Shown here piece by piece: positions 8,576 to 21,850 of a stretch of DNA of 64,000 nucleotides. Source of the DNA: an uncultured delta proteobacterium. GTDB lineage: Bacteria > Desulfobacterota > Desulfobacteria > Desulfobacterales > SpSt-501. Each line of letters begins with the position of its first letter. The stretch's first letter is position 1. The DNA lies in NCBI GenBank assembly GCA_963716785.1, contig CAVQUW010000005.1, positions 1,699 through 65,698 on the forward strand. Direction: 5' to 3'. The position numbers and the translations under genes were made by a program. Below the pieces are notes generated by a model. It saw only the letters and a list, made by a program, of their open reading frames with translations, was not told the DNA's origin and made no database searches.

Positions 8576-10835
8576 TCAGGGGTCCCGCAACGACGGCCCG
8601 GGCGGCACGCAATGCCCTTTCCGGTCCGGCGGCCCGGAACCCATCGACTGCAGCCGTTCGGCCAGGCGCGACCAGCGGGGGTCCGAGCGCCCGCTGCGGA
8701 TGCCGATCGCCAGGGCACGACGGGTCCCCACCATCACCGCCAGGCGCCGCGCCCGGGTGACCGCGGTGTAGATCAAGTTGCGCTGCAGCAGGATGTAGTG
8801 CTGGGTGAGCACCGGGAACACCACGGCCGGGTACTCGGACCCCTGGGATTTGTGAACGGACACCGCGTAGGCGGGTGACAGCTCGTCGAGCTCGGTGAAG
8901 TCGTAGGTCACATCGCGGCCGTCGAAACGAACGTCCAACTCCCGCTCCGACTCCCTGAACCTCGGCGACCCGGCCGATGTCGCCGTTGAATACTTCCTTG
9001 TCGTAATTGTTGCGCACCTGCATGACCTTGTCGTTTTCCCGGAACAGACGGTCGCCGTAAGCCACCCCGCCCGCACCGGGGTTGAGCGCCTCCTGCAGCC
9101 GCCGGTTGAGGTTTTCGGCGCCGACAACCCCCTTGTGCATGGGGGTCAGGACCTGGATCTCCTCGACCGGGTCCAACCCGAAACGCCGCGGGATCCGGCT
9201 GACGACGAGTTCGATGATGATCTCAAGCACCCGTTCGGGGTCCTGCTGTTCGATGAAGAAGAAATCCTGATCGGGGTCGTGCCCGGAGGCGGGCCCGGTC
9301 GCCGGCATCCGGCCCGCATTGATCCCGTGGGCGTTGACGATGATCCGGCTTTGCCGCGCCTGGCGGAAAATTTCGGTCAGGCGCATCACCGGCACCGCCC
9401 CGGAGTCGATGATGTCGCCCAGGACGTTTCCGGGGCCGACCGAGGGCAGCTGGTTCACGTCGCCCACCAGGATCAGGGAGGCCTGTGCGGGCAGCGCCTT
9501 GAGCAGGTGGTGGGCCAGCACGAGGTCGATCATGGAGGCTTCGTCCACGATCAGCAGATCGCACTCCAGCGGCTGGTCCTCGTTGCGTTGGAAACCGCCG
9601 TTCTGGGCGCTGAATTCGAGCATCCGGTGGATGGTCCTGGCCTCGCGGCCGGTGGCCTCGGACAGCCGTTTGGCGGCGCGCCCGGTGGGGGCGGCCAGCA
9701 TCACGCGCGCCGCCGCGTGCTCGAAGATCTGCACGACGGCGTTGACGATCGTCGTTTTCCCGGTGCCGGGCCCGCCGGTGATGACAAAGGCCTTGTGGGT
9801 GACGGCGCCGCGCAGGGCGTCGCGCTGGCTGTCGGAAAGGGCCATGGCCATCCGGCCCTCGACCCAGGCGAGGGCGTCTTCGGCATCGATGGCACGTGAG
9901 GAACGCGGGACCTCGAGCAGCACCCGCAGCTTGCGGGCCACGGAAGTCTCGCACTGGTGGAGGAAGGCGAGATAGACCGCATCCTCGCCGCCCACCCCAT
10001 CCCGCAACCGGGTGTGCATCCCCTCGACCGTGATCCTGCGGGCGTTAGCCAGGGCCCCCACGGCCGCTTCGATCAAGGCGGTGTCCCCACCGTCTGCGCC
10101 GAGGAGGTCGCGGCAGCGCGAGGCCAGCAGCCGACGGGGAACCAGCACGTGGCCCTCGACGGCCGCCTGCTGGAGGGCAAACAGGACCCCGGCCTCCGCC
10201 CGCAGCGGGGAGTTGCGCGGGATCCCGATCTTCTCGGCAATACGATCCGCCGTGAGAAAGCCGACCCCGGCGATGTCGTCCGCCAGCCGGTAGGGGTTTT
10301 CGGTCACCACCGCGATCGCCCGGCTGCCGTAGTGCTTGAAGATCTTGGCCGCGAAGCCGGTGCTGACGCCATGGCCCTGCAGAAACAGCATGACGTTGCG
10401 AATCTCCCGCTGGGCCTGCCAGGCCTCGGCGACCAGGGCGATCCGCTTGGCGCCGATCCCCGGCACCTCGCCCAGGCGTTTGATGTCGCCTTCGATGACC
10501 TCGAGCGTGTCTTTGCCGAAGCGTTCGACGATGCGGCCGGCCATCACCGGCCCCAGCCCCTTGATCAGCCCCGAGCCGAGATACTTGCGAATGCCGTCGA
10601 TCGTGGCCGGCACCCGGCTGGTGAACTGCGCCACCTTGAACTGCTCGCCGAAGCGCGGGTGGGTGACCCACTCCCCGCTCATGTCGAGCACCTCGCCGAC
10701 CATCGGGGCCAGCAGCACCCCGACGACGGTGACCAAATCGCGGCGACCCGCCACCACGACCTTGGCGATGGTGAAGCCGTTCTCCTCGTTGGCGAAGGTG
10801 ATGTGCTCGATCTGACCGGAGATGCGGGTCGGCAT
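8576..10835 (-). pseudogene. recD2: RecD2-type SF1B DNA helicase; reading frame broken once near 8945-8966
   Basis: The N-terminal frame (10835 down to about 8960) reads MPTRISGQIEHITFANEENGFTIAKV..., has Walker A GGPGTGKTT, and ends ...VFNGDIGRVAE. The C-terminal motifs ELDVRFDGRDVTYDF...AYAVSVHKSQGSEYPAVV...LIYTAVTRAR lie in another frame (track ORF 8576..9127). The tail of the 791-aa track ORF is out-of-frame read-through. Confidence 0.9.
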
Positions 10836-10837
10836 CC

Positions 10838-11248
10838 TCACACCCAGCCCGGAGTGCGCACCTCTTCCCGGGGCGGATCGCCCGGGATAAAGCACTTGAT
10901 GTCGATCACCGGGGACCCGTCGCGGGCATCGATGGCGTCGATGCGGATGAGGGTGTCGTCGATGGATGCGACGCGGCAGCGTGTCAGCCCGATCAGGTTC
11001 GGCCGCCTGGGGGAATGCGTCGCGAAGACCCCGGTGAGCGGGTTGGCGGGGTCTTTGCGGGGGTGGACCCGAAGGGTGCGGCGGATCTGCGGGGTGTCGT
11101 TCTCGTGGAACCAGAAGAGCACCAGGATGTGGGAGAACCCCTCCAGCCCGAGCAGGGCGTCCCGGTACGCCTCGAAGATCTCGATCCAGACTTTATCATC
11201 CGTCTTCCGAACGACCCCGATGGGGACAATGGAAAATTCTCGCTCCAT
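10838..11248 (-). CDS. trmO: TsaA/TrmO-family tRNA methyltransferase (short form)
   Basis: Start MEREFSIVPIGVVRK at 11248. It contains GVFATHSPRRPNLIGLT and ...GSPVIDIK. Length is 136 aa. Confidence 0.8.
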   Translation of the reverse strand: MEREFSIVPIGVVRKTDDKVWIEIFEAYRDALLGLEGFSHILVLFWFHENDTPQIRRTLRVHPRKDPANPLTGVFATHSPRRPNLIGLTRCRVASIDDTLIRIDAIDARDGSPVIDIKCFIPGDPPREEVRTPGWV

Positions 11249-11429
11249 GTGGACTCCTTCCCGCACCCTGTGCAGATGAAGCGGCAGAATCGTTTCCAGA
11301 GTCTCGGATCGCGCCCGAGGACAAGGCGTCCCGCGGGTTGAAAGCGGAGCGTACACGTCGGTACGTGAGCATTTCAAGCCGTGGGACAACGCCGTAATCG
11401 GGCGTGAGACGGGGCTTTGGAAACGATTC

Positions 11430-13385
<1,956 letters not shown>

Positions 13386-13749
13386 GCTCTCCCTCCTCCT
13401 CTGGCCGGTGGTTGGCGTGTTGGGCCCCGGCGCCGTTCGCGCCGTTTATCGGGCCCAAGGAAATGAAAGCGCTTCAGTAATTTTATTACCTTTGTTGCCT
13501 TGGCCAGTCAAGCCACTAAATACCGGACCGCCCCTTGCCGGTCCGGCCCGGATCGGGTATGGATCGGGTGTCGACCGCGCGCCGGGGCCCGCTGGGGCGC
13601 GACACTGAAAGCCCGAAGGTCGAAGGGAAAGCAGTGGCGGGTCTGGGGCCGGTGAGGGGCAGCGTTTGCCGGGGAGCGCGGCGCCCCGCGGAGAGGCCCC
13701 GGCAATCCCGAATTTATCTCATATTCAAGCTCTTCAGGAGGAGAACCGC

Positions 13750-14793
13750 ATGCAGATCGTCGAACTGCGATCGGACACGATGACCCGGCCGACCCCGGCC
13801 ATGCGCAAGGCCATGGCGGGGGCGGAGGTCGGCGACGACGTCTTCGGGGAGGACCCCACGGTCAACCGCCTGGAGGCCATGGCGGCCGAGCGCCTCGGCA
13901 AAGAGGCGGCCCTGTTCGTCGCGAGCGGGACGATGGGGAACCTGGTGAGCCTCATGGCCCACTGCGGCCGGGGTGAGGAGATGATCCTCGGCAGCCTGTC
14001 GCACACGTTTTATTTCGAGCAGGGCGGCGCGTCGGCCGTGGCCGCCGTCCACCCGCGGACGGTGCCCAACCGGCCGGACGGCACCATCCCCCTCGACGAG
14101 CTCGAAGCCGCCATCCGCAGCGACAACCTCCACTTCCCGCGCACGCGGCTGATCGCGCTCGAAAACACCCACAACCTGTGCGGCGGTGCGCCGCTGGAAC
14201 CCGCCTACCTCCGGGCCGTGGCCGCCATCGCCCGCCGCCACGGGATCGGGGTCCACATCGACGGGGCGCGCCTGTTCAATGCCGCCGCCGCACTGGGGGT
14301 GCCGGTGCGGGAGCTCGCCGCCGACGCCGATTCGGTCAGTTTCTGCCTGAGCAAGGGGCTGGGGGCCCCGGCGGGTTCGGTGGTCTGCGGCACCCCGGAG
14401 TTCATCCACACCGCCCGCCGGGCCCGCAAGGTGCTGGGCGGCGGCATGCGCCAGGCCGGGGTGATCGCAGCGGCCGGGATCGTCGCCTTGACCGAGATGA
14501 CGGACCGCCTGGCCGAGGACCATGCCAACGCCCGCGCACTGGCCGAAGGGCTGGCGTCCATCGGGGGGCTCAGGATCGAGCCCGGGGGGGTCCGGACCAA
14601 CATCGCTTACTTCCAGGTCGACCGCCCGGGCCTGAGCGCGGCGGACCTGACCCGGGAGCTCGACCGGGAGGGGGTGCGCATGCTGCCGACAGGGCCGCAC
14701 ACCGTCCGGGCCGTAACCCACTACGAGGTGACCGCGGACGGCATCGATCGGGCCCTGGCGGCGGTCTCGAAAGCGATGCGTCAAGCGGGTTAG
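13750..14793 (+). CDS. ltaE: Low-specificity L-threonine aldolase
   Basis: ATG 13750 follows AGGAGGA. MQIVELRSDTMTRPTPAMRKAM...GDDVFGEDPTVNRLE...SGTMGN... is typical of the Beta_elim_lyase/LtaE family. Confidence 0.9.
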   Translation: MQIVELRSDTMTRPTPAMRKAMAGAEVGDDVFGEDPTVNRLEAMAAERLGKEAALFVASGTMGNLVSLMAHCGRGEEMILGSLSHTFYFEQGGASAVAAVHPRTVPNRPDGTIPLDELEAAIRSDNLHFPRTRLIALENTHNLCGGAPLEPAYLRAVAAIARRHGIGVHIDGARLFNAAAALGVPVRELAADADSVSFCLSKGLGAPAGSVVCGTPEFIHTARRARKVLGGGMRQAGVIAAAGIVALTEMTDRLAEDHANARALAEGLASIGGLRIEPGGVRTNIAYFQVDRPGLSAADLTRELDREGVRMLPTGPHTVRAVTHYEVTADGIDRALAAVSKAMRQAG

Positions 14794-14827
14794 GCACAAG
14801 GCCGGGGTGCTGAAAGAGGCTGCCGAT

Positions 14828-15568
14828 ATGGAACTGAAGGACGAATTCGTAAAGGCCGGCGGTTGGCTGTTCCGGTGGCGAAGCTATCTGCCGTTGATCA
14901 TGCTGGGGCTGTTCATCCTGGCCCTGCGCGACTTCGAGTACATCGGCCGCAGCGAGCGGCTGGACGTGGTGTGGGAAGCCGTCTGCCTCCTGGTCAGCCT
15001 TGCCGGCCTGGGCATTCGCGGGATTACGGTCGGGTTTACGCCACGGGGGACCTCCGGCAGGAACACCAAGCGGCAGAAGGCCGAAATCCTGAACACGACC
15101 GGGGTTTACTCCGTTGCGCGCAACCCCTTGTACATCGGCAATTTCTTCATGTGGCTCGGCATTGCGCTGTTTGCCCACTCGTGGTCGCTGACCCTGATCT
15201 ATGTCCTGGTTTTCTGCCTTTACTACGAGCGGATCATCTTCGCCGAAGAGGCGTTTCTGAAAGAGAAATTCGGCGACCGGTTTGCGGATTACGCGCGCCG
15301 GACCCCCGCCGTCATCCCGCGCTTCAGGAACTGGGAGCGGCCGGACCTGCCTTTTTCGATGCGCAATGTCCTGAGGCGGGAGTACAATGGGTTTTTCGCG
15401 GTGATCCTCACCCTGTTCGGGCTGGAAGCGATCAGCGAGTTGGTCGTCAAGGGCCGAGTCGAGTTAGAGCTGAGGTGGCTGGTCCTGGGCGCCTTCGGTC
15501 TGACGGTGTGGGGTGTCTTGAGAATAATAAAGCGGCACACCCGTCTGCTAGAGGTGAAGGGGAGGTAA
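14828..15568 (+). CDS. ICMT/PEMT-family membrane methyltransferase
   Basis: Multi-TM protein with TGVYSVARNPLYIGNFFMWLG...EE.FL..KFG..F..Y. The start is uncertain: ATG 14828, versus the track's non-ATG 14807. Confidence 0.7.
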   Translation: MELKDEFVKAGGWLFRWRSYLPLIMLGLFILALRDFEYIGRSERLDVVWEAVCLLVSLAGLGIRGITVGFTPRGTSGRNTKRQKAEILNTTGVYSVARNPLYIGNFFMWLGIALFAHSWSLTLIYVLVFCLYYERIIFAEEAFLKEKFGDRFADYARRTPAVIPRFRNWERPDLPFSMRNVLRREYNGFFAVILTLFGLEAISELVVKGRVELELRWLVLGAFGLTVWGVLRIIKRHTRLLEVKGR

Positions 15569-15631
15569 GGGGGTCTGACCCCCCACCCGGTATTTTACCG
15601 GTAATCTCCTGATATTTTTCTTTCTTGCGGT

Positions 15632-16883
15632 TCAATGCTTGAAGGAGCGCTGCCCCGTGAAGACCATGGCCACCCCGGCCTCGTTGCAGGCCTCGATCAC
15701 CTGGTAGTCGTTCTCCGAGCCGCCCGGCTGGACGACGGCGGTGATCCCCTCGCGGATGCCGACGTCCACCCCGTCGCGGAAAGGGAAGAAGGCGTCGCTG
15801 ACCATGGCGGCCCCGATCAGGCCGCCCTTCTCCTCGGCCACCCGGGCGTCGATTTCGGCCTTCTTGCCGGTGTCCCTCAGGTCGTTGTAGGCGGTGCCGT
15901 GGGCCTCGAAGCAGTAGCGGTCGGCCAGCTTGCGGTAGGCCTTGTCGCGCGCGATTTCCGCCACCCCCACCCGGTCCTGCTCGCCGGTGCCGATCCCCAC
16001 GGTCACCTGGTCCTTGACGTAGATCACCGAATTGGAGGTCACGCCGGCTTCGACAAACCACCCGAAGAGCAGGTCGTCGATCTCCCTGGCGCTGGGGGCG
16101 CGCGCGACCCGGTAGGGCTTGCCCTTGTGCTCGCACTCGGCCGGTCTGAGGTCCTCCTTGCCGCGGGTGACGGGCACGAAGGACCACTGCACGATCTGGC
16201 CGCCGTCGATCAGGCTCTTGAACTCGACGAACCGCTGGCCGACGAAGCCCTGCAGGCGCTCCATGTTCGGCGATGCGCATCACCCGCAGGTTCTTCTTGC
16301 GGGCGAACACCTCCATGACCCCCTCCTCGAACTCCGGCGCCACCACGACCTCCGCATACTGCTGCGCGATGGCCTCGGCCGTGGCCCGGTCGACGGCCCG
16401 GTTGCAGGCGATGCACCCGCCGAAGGCCGCCACCCGGTCCGCCATGTTGGCCTTGGAGTAGGCCTCGAGCAGGCTGTCCGCGCGGGCCACGCCGCAGGGG
16501 TTGTTGTGCTTGACGATCACCACCGTCGGCCGGTCGGTGAAATAGCGCAGGATGTTCAGGGCATTGTCGGCATCGGTGACGTTGGTCTTGCCGGGGTGCT
16601 TCCCGGACTGCAGCAGTTCCATGTCCGAGGCCAGGTAGCGGCCCGGCAGGATGTTCCGGACGTCGCCGAGGGCCAGGTTGCCGTTGACCAGCTTGTAGAG
16701 CGCGGCCTCCTGGCCGGGGTTTTCGCCGTAGCGCAGGCCCTTTTCGACGCCGTCGATCACCCAGGAGGCCTTCTCGTAGACCAGGGTCTGCCGCCTCTCC
16801 CCGTCCACGAAGCTGATCTCCATCCGCGGCGGGAAATGATCGTCCATGATGGTGCGGTACATTTTCTTGAGATCCGTGGTCAT
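15632..16883 (-). pseudogene. purH: AICAR transformylase (PurH C-terminal domain as a separate gene); frame broken near 16265-16280
   Basis: Frame 1 reads MTTDLKKMY...GENPGQEAALY...KHNNPCGVA...NLRVMRI. Frame 2 (track ORF 15632..16264) reads NMERLQGFVGQRFVEFKSLIDGGQIVQ...GIGTGEQDRV...VQPGGSENDYQVIEACNEAG.AMVFTGQRSFKH. Confidence 0.9.
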
Positions 16884-16911
16884 GGCGGGCTCCTTTCACA
16901 CAATGCCGCAA

Positions 16912-17607
16912 TCAGGTTTCCGAGGAAGTCTTCAGTGGATAGCAGCTCCCCGCCTCGGCGGCGGCAACGCCGCCAAGGTAATCGGCGATGGCGCGGTCGT
17001 ACTCGGCCGTGTGCGCAAAGGCCTTCTGCGCCAGGCGGAAGCGCCGGGAGAGCGACAGTTTGCCCCCGTTGGCGGCCAACGCGGCAAGGATCGCCGGGTA
17101 GTCCGCCGGGTCCACCACGCAGGCCACCCGGATGAAGTTCTTGGCCGCCGCCCGGATCATGCAGGGCCCGCCGATGTCGATGTTGCCCCGCGCCTGCTCG
17201 AGGGTGACCCCCTGGCGGGCGACGGTCTCCCGGAAAGGGTAGAGATTGACCACCACCAGGTCGATGGGGACCGCGCCGGTGCGAACCAGATCGGCCTGGT
17301 GGGCCTCGTTGTAGGTTTCCGTCAGCAACCCCAGGTAGATCTTGAAGTCGAGCGTCTTGACCAGACCGCCCTGGGTCTCGGGCTGGCCGGTGTAGTCCGA
17401 AACCTGGGTGAGGTGGCGGCCGGCATCCGGTCCCAGCATTTTCTCGAGGTGGGCATAAGTGCCGCCGGTTGAAAAAATTTGCAGCCCCGGGATGCGCTCC
17501 ACGAGCTCCGGGACGAACGGGTCCAGCCCCGTCTTGTCGGACACGCTCACCAGCATTCGCTTGACCGGCACCCGGTCATCAATCCGCTCGACAACATTGA
17601 TCGACAT
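16912..17607 (-). CDS. IMP cyclohydrolase (PurH N-terminal MGS-like domain as a separate gene)
   Basis: 231 aa. VKRMLVSVSDKTG...IFSTGGTYAHL...VVVNLYPF...NIDIGGPCMIRAAAKNF. Confidence 0.9.
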   Translation of the reverse strand: MSINVVERIDDRVPVKRMLVSVSDKTGLDPFVPELVERIPGLQIFSTGGTYAHLEKMLGPDAGRHLTQVSDYTGQPETQGGLVKTLDFKIYLGLLTETYNEAHQADLVRTGAVPIDLVVVNLYPFRETVARQGVTLEQARGNIDIGGPCMIRAAAKNFIRVACVVDPADYPAILAALAANGGKLSLSRRFRLAQKAFAHTAEYDRAIADYLGGVAAAEAGSCYPLKTSSET

Positions 17608-17835
17608 GATGTCCGCCTCCTTCCGTGTTCGATCGGCCCGGCCGCGGTTCGGTCAGCGGAGGCCCTCGTATTCTTCCATCGTGCTGATCTACCTCACTTC
17701 CGGCGGTGGTTTCAAGACTTGATTTGCCCCTCGACCCGGGCCGGCCGCTCAAGAATTCCGGCGCCGGGGCCGATATCCTATCACGGTGTTCCAAACCATG
17801 TCGAAACACGAGGTCAAAACAGGGTCGACGGCAAA

Positions 17836-18753
17836 GTGAAACCCAGCTCCCATATTCCGGTCCGCAGCTCCCAGCTCCAATACTACATTCGCGTGCCGCT
17901 GTATTCAGAGACGACGCGCGGGGTGTACCAGCTCTACAAACCGGCCGGGGTGGAGATCTCGGAGCTGCGCATCGAGACGGGCATGCACCCGCGTCTCTTC
18001 ATCCGTCAGCACGACCGGCTGGAGGCCCTCAAGGAGGCCCACAAGGGGTTCAATCTCGAGATCCTGCGCAGTATGGAAACCGGCGACGTCGCGAGCGTCA
18101 AGACCACCCTGTGCCGCCTGGTGGCTGAAACCCTGGCCGAGCCTCGGGCGGGAACCCTTCAGAGCCTGCCGGCGACGCTCGACATCCTGGTCACCGGCTA
18201 CTCCAAGCAACCCGCAGTTCTCAGAACCTTCGCCACCATCTCGAACAAGGACTACACGACCGTCATCCACTCGGTCAACGTGATGGCGCTCACCATGAGC
18301 TACTGTTTTTTCTCCGGCCTGGGCCTGCGGGCCACCAAGCGGCTCAGCCTCAGCGCCCTGCTGCACGACGTCGGCAAATCCGAAATCCCCGGGGGGATCC
18401 TCAGCGCACCGCGCAAGCTGACCGCGGAGGAGTTCACGGTCATGAAGACCCACCCCACCATCGGCATGAATCTGATCCGCAACATCAACCGGCTCGGGGA
18501 GGAGATCGCCCTGGGGGCCTTGGAGCATCACGAGAAACTCGACGGCAGCGGGTACCCCCACGGTACATGCCGCATCTCCTTCACCGGCCAACTGATCGGC
18601 ATCGTCGACTGCTACGAGGCCTTGACCAACGAGGACCGTCCCTACCGCCGCGCCAAGGACCCGCTGGAGACGTTGAAGATCCTCAAAGAGGATGTCGAAG
18701 CCGGCAAATTCGACCGCGCCATTTTTGAAAAATTCTGCTACAGTTTGATTTGA
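17836..18753 (+). CDS. HD-GYP domain protein (probable c-di-GMP phosphodiesterase)
   Basis: Contains LLHDVGK...HHEKLDGSGYPHG. The start is uncertain. GTG 17836 is given. A 13-codon ATG ORF (17799) ends at the overlapping TGA, so an N-terminal frame error is possible. Confidence 0.8.
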   Translation: MKPSSHIPVRSSQLQYYIRVPLYSETTRGVYQLYKPAGVEISELRIETGMHPRLFIRQHDRLEALKEAHKGFNLEILRSMETGDVASVKTTLCRLVAETLAEPRAGTLQSLPATLDILVTGYSKQPAVLRTFATISNKDYTTVIHSVNVMALTMSYCFFSGLGLRATKRLSLSALLHDVGKSEIPGGILSAPRKLTAEEFTVMKTHPTIGMNLIRNINRLGEEIALGALEHHEKLDGSGYPHGTCRISFTGQLIGIVDCYEALTNEDRPYRRAKDPLETLKILKEDVEAGKFDRAIFEKFCYSLI

Positions 18754-18784
18754 CCTGATAAGAACGCTCAACCCCCTCGAAGGC

Positions 18785-19900
18785 ATGCACCGATCCATGG
18801 GCCGTTTCACTTTCAGATACCGCCTTTTCTCCAGCATCCTCTTGTTGGCGCTCGCCGGGTGTCAGAGCATCGACTATTACGGACAGGCCGCCTGGGGACA
18901 GGCACGCATCCTCGCGGCCCGCAAGCCGATCGCGGAGCTGCTCGAAGACCCCGGGACCCCTCCGGCGGTCAAGGAACAGCTCGCCCACGTGCTGGCGGTG
19001 CGGCAGTTTGCGGAAACCGAACTGCTGCTCCCGGCCGGTGGCAGCTACCGGAGCTTCGCCCGGATCGACCGACCCTGGGCGGTCTGGAGCGTCTTCGCGG
19101 CCCCCGAGTTCTCCCTGACGTCTAAAACGTGGTGCTACCCGATCGTCGGCTGTGCGGCCTATCGCGGGTATTTCAGCGAGGCCGCGGCCCAGCGCTTTGC
19201 GGGCGAGCTCTCCCGCGACGGGTACGATGTGTTCGTGACCGGCGTGCCGGCCTATTCCACCCTGGGTTGGTTCGAGGACCCCGTGCTCAGCACGTTTCTG
19301 CGCCTGGACGGCTCGCAGATGGCCGCCCTGATATTCCACGAGCTGGCCCACCGCCTGCTGTTTTTACCGGGCGACACCGAGTTCAACGAAAGCTTCGCCA
19401 CGGCGGTGGAGGAGGAGGGTCTCCGGCGCTGGGCGACCGCGCGCGGAACCCCGGAGGTGCTGGATGCTTACCACCGCCGGCAGTCGTTGCGGAAATCCTA
19501 TCTGGGTCTCGTGGCGCTGCGCAGGGCCGAGCTTGAAGCGCTCTACGCCGGCAACCTCCCCATCGCGTTGAAACGGGCTCGCAAGGCCGAAATCCTGGCA
19601 GACCTCCACGGCGACTGGGAGCGGATGCGCCAATCCCGCCCCGGCCTCGATGCTTATGCGGACTGGTTTGCCGCAGGGCGCAACAACGCGGGGATTGCCG
19701 CCGTTTCGGCCTACCATGCCTATGTGCCCGCATTCCGCCACCTGCTGCGGCGCGCCAAGGGGGACCTGGGGGAGTTTTACCGCCAAAGCCGGGTGCTGGC
19801 CCGTTGTGCGGACGAGGAGCGCCGCCGCCGCCTGCAGCTGCTGCTCGCCCCCGGCCCGGCCGCCTCAGGCCCCGATGAAGCCGCAGCCGGCGCACGCTAG
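18785..19900 (+). CDS. Predicted aminopeptidase-family lipoprotein (zinc HExxH)
   Basis: Lipobox LLALAGC. The FHELAH motif and overall similarity suggest the COG4324 'putative aminopeptidase' family (from memory). Confidence 0.65.
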   Translation: MHRSMGRFTFRYRLFSSILLLALAGCQSIDYYGQAAWGQARILAARKPIAELLEDPGTPPAVKEQLAHVLAVRQFAETELLLPAGGSYRSFARIDRPWAVWSVFAAPEFSLTSKTWCYPIVGCAAYRGYFSEAAAQRFAGELSRDGYDVFVTGVPAYSTLGWFEDPVLSTFLRLDGSQMAALIFHELAHRLLFLPGDTEFNESFATAVEEEGLRRWATARGTPEVLDAYHRRQSLRKSYLGLVALRRAELEALYAGNLPIALKRARKAEILADLHGDWERMRQSRPGLDAYADWFAAGRNNAGIAAVSAYHAYVPAFRHLLRRAKGDLGEFYRQSRVLARCADEERRRRLQLLLAPGPAASGPDEAAAGAR

Positions 19901-19922
19901 CGGCCGCCGGCCGCGGCGGTGT

Positions 19923-19951
19923 CTTGACACGGCCGGCAAGTTCTCCTATAA
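19923..19951 (+). promoter_or_regulatory. Perfect-consensus sigma-70 promoter (TTGACA-17 nt-TATAAT)
   Basis: TTGACA is at 19923-19928 and TATAAT at 19946-19951, with an exactly 17-nt spacer. It lies about 120 nt upstream of the exeA ATG (20074). Confidence 0.6.
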
Positions 19952-20073
19952 TCTATTGATACTAATACGGTTTTTTTTGAAACCGCAGACTGAACCCCGC
20001 GCCCAGCCCAACGCCGGTCGCCCGCACGGTGTCGGCCCCACGCCGGCACCCCCGGTTCGAGGACCCCTGTTTC

Positions 20074-21850
20074 ATGTACAACGCCTATTTCGGATTCAGA
20101 GAAAAACCGTTCAAACTGGTTCCGAACCCCGAGTACCTGTTTCTGAGCAAAAGCCACGAAGAAGCGCTGGCGCACCTGAATTACGCCGTCTCGCAGGGGG
20201 ACGGCTTCGTGGAGATCACCGGGGAGGTGGGGACGGGCAAGACCACCCTGTGCCGCGCCTTTCTGGAGGGCCTGGACGAGCAGACGGTGGCGGCCTACAT
20301 CTTCAACCCCAAGCTGGGTCCGAAGCAGCTCATCAAGTCGATCAACGACGAATTCGGCATCGCCGGCGAGGCGGACAATACCAAGAACCTGATCGACAGG
20401 CTCAATGCCTTTCTGATGCAAAAAAAGGCGGAGCGCAAAAGGGTCATCGTGATTATCGACGAGGCCCAGAACCTGAGCAAGGTGGTTTTGGAGCAGCTGC
20501 GGCTGCTGTCGAACCTGGAAACCAACAAGGAGAAACTGCTCCAGATCATCCTCGTCGGGCAGCCGGAACTGGCGGAAATGCTCGAATCCTACGATCTGCG
20601 CCAGATCGGGCAGCGGATCTCCCTGCGCTACCAGATCAACCCGTTGAGCTTCAAGGAAGCCCAGGAGTACATCCAGTACCGGCTCAACATCGCCTCGCAG
20701 AAGCGCTCGGCCCTGTTCGAGCCGGCCGCTTACCGCCACATCTACAAGTACTCCCGCGGGATTCCGCGCCTGATCAACATCGCCTGCGACCGGTCGCTGC
20801 TCACCGCCTTCGGTCTCAACCAGCGCACCGTCAGCGGCTCCACCGCCAAAATCGCGGTGGCGGAAATGACCCACCGGGGTCATGCGAGCAGCATCGCGCT
20901 CATGGACGGCCGCAAGGCGCTCGCGCTCTTCCTGGTCCTGAGCGCCGTGATCGTCGCATTGCTCTACCACAAACCGTTGGTCGAAAAACTGTCCGGAATG
21001 GGCGCGCGTTCATCGCCGAAGGTCCAGCCGGCAGCCGCCGCGCACACCCCGGCCCTGCCGCCGGCGGCCGAGGAGGCCGCGGCACCTGAGGTCGCGAGGC
21101 CGGCCGAGCCGGTCGCCGCCGCACCGGTCCCGAGCCCGGCAACGAACCCCGTCACCACCGCCCCCGTCCCGGCACCGGCCGCACCCGCCAAGTCCGAGCC
21201 GAGCCTGGGTGAGCACTTGAAGAACCTTGGACAACAGGTCCTCGCGCTATTCGGCCCTGAAAAACGCCCTGACGGCCTGGGCCGCCACGCTCGAGCCCAA
21301 GCCTTACCTGGACCAGCTGGATGACGACCCCACCTTTTTCAGCCTTTACACCAAAACCAGCAACCTCCTGATTCATCGGTTCGAGGCTGAAGTCCAGACC
21401 CTGCGGAGCGTGAACATGCCCGCCATCCTGGAACTGCGCACGAGCCTCAAGACGCCCCCCCTTTATATGGCTCTGACGGCCTTCGAGGGCGACAAGCTCG
21501 TTCTGGCCACCGCGGAAGCGAACCGGACCCTGCGGGTCGACGCCAATGAGCTGTGGCAAAACTGGACCGGTGTGGCCTATGTCCCGTGGAAGAACTTTCT
21601 GAACCTGGCGGGCCTGATCCCCGGCACCGCACCACCGGACTCGGTGCTGGCGCTGAAGATGCTCCTGCAGGAAAACGGGTTCAGGGAGGTCCCCCTGAGC
21701 AAGGAGTACGATCAAACCACTCTGAAGGCCGTCGAAAAACTGCAGGCGAAGTACGGGGTGCCCGTCGACGGGATCGTGGGGCCCCTGACCAAGATCATCC
21801 TCTACCGGGAAAATCAAGGCCTGGACATCCCGCGTCTTGTCAAGAATTGA
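20074..21850 (+). pseudogene. exeA: ExeA/GspA-type AAA ATPase with TM segment and periplasmic peptidoglycan-binding domain; frame broken at about 21221-21260
   Basis: N-terminal part: MYNAYFGFREKPF...GEVGTGKTT...IIDEAQNL, then a TM (ALFLVLSAVIVALLY) and a Pro/Ala-rich linker. The C-terminal PG-binding domain (YDQTTLKAVEKLQAKYGVPVDGIVGPLT) is in another frame (track ORF 21227..21850), which has no signal peptide of its own. Confidence 0.8.
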
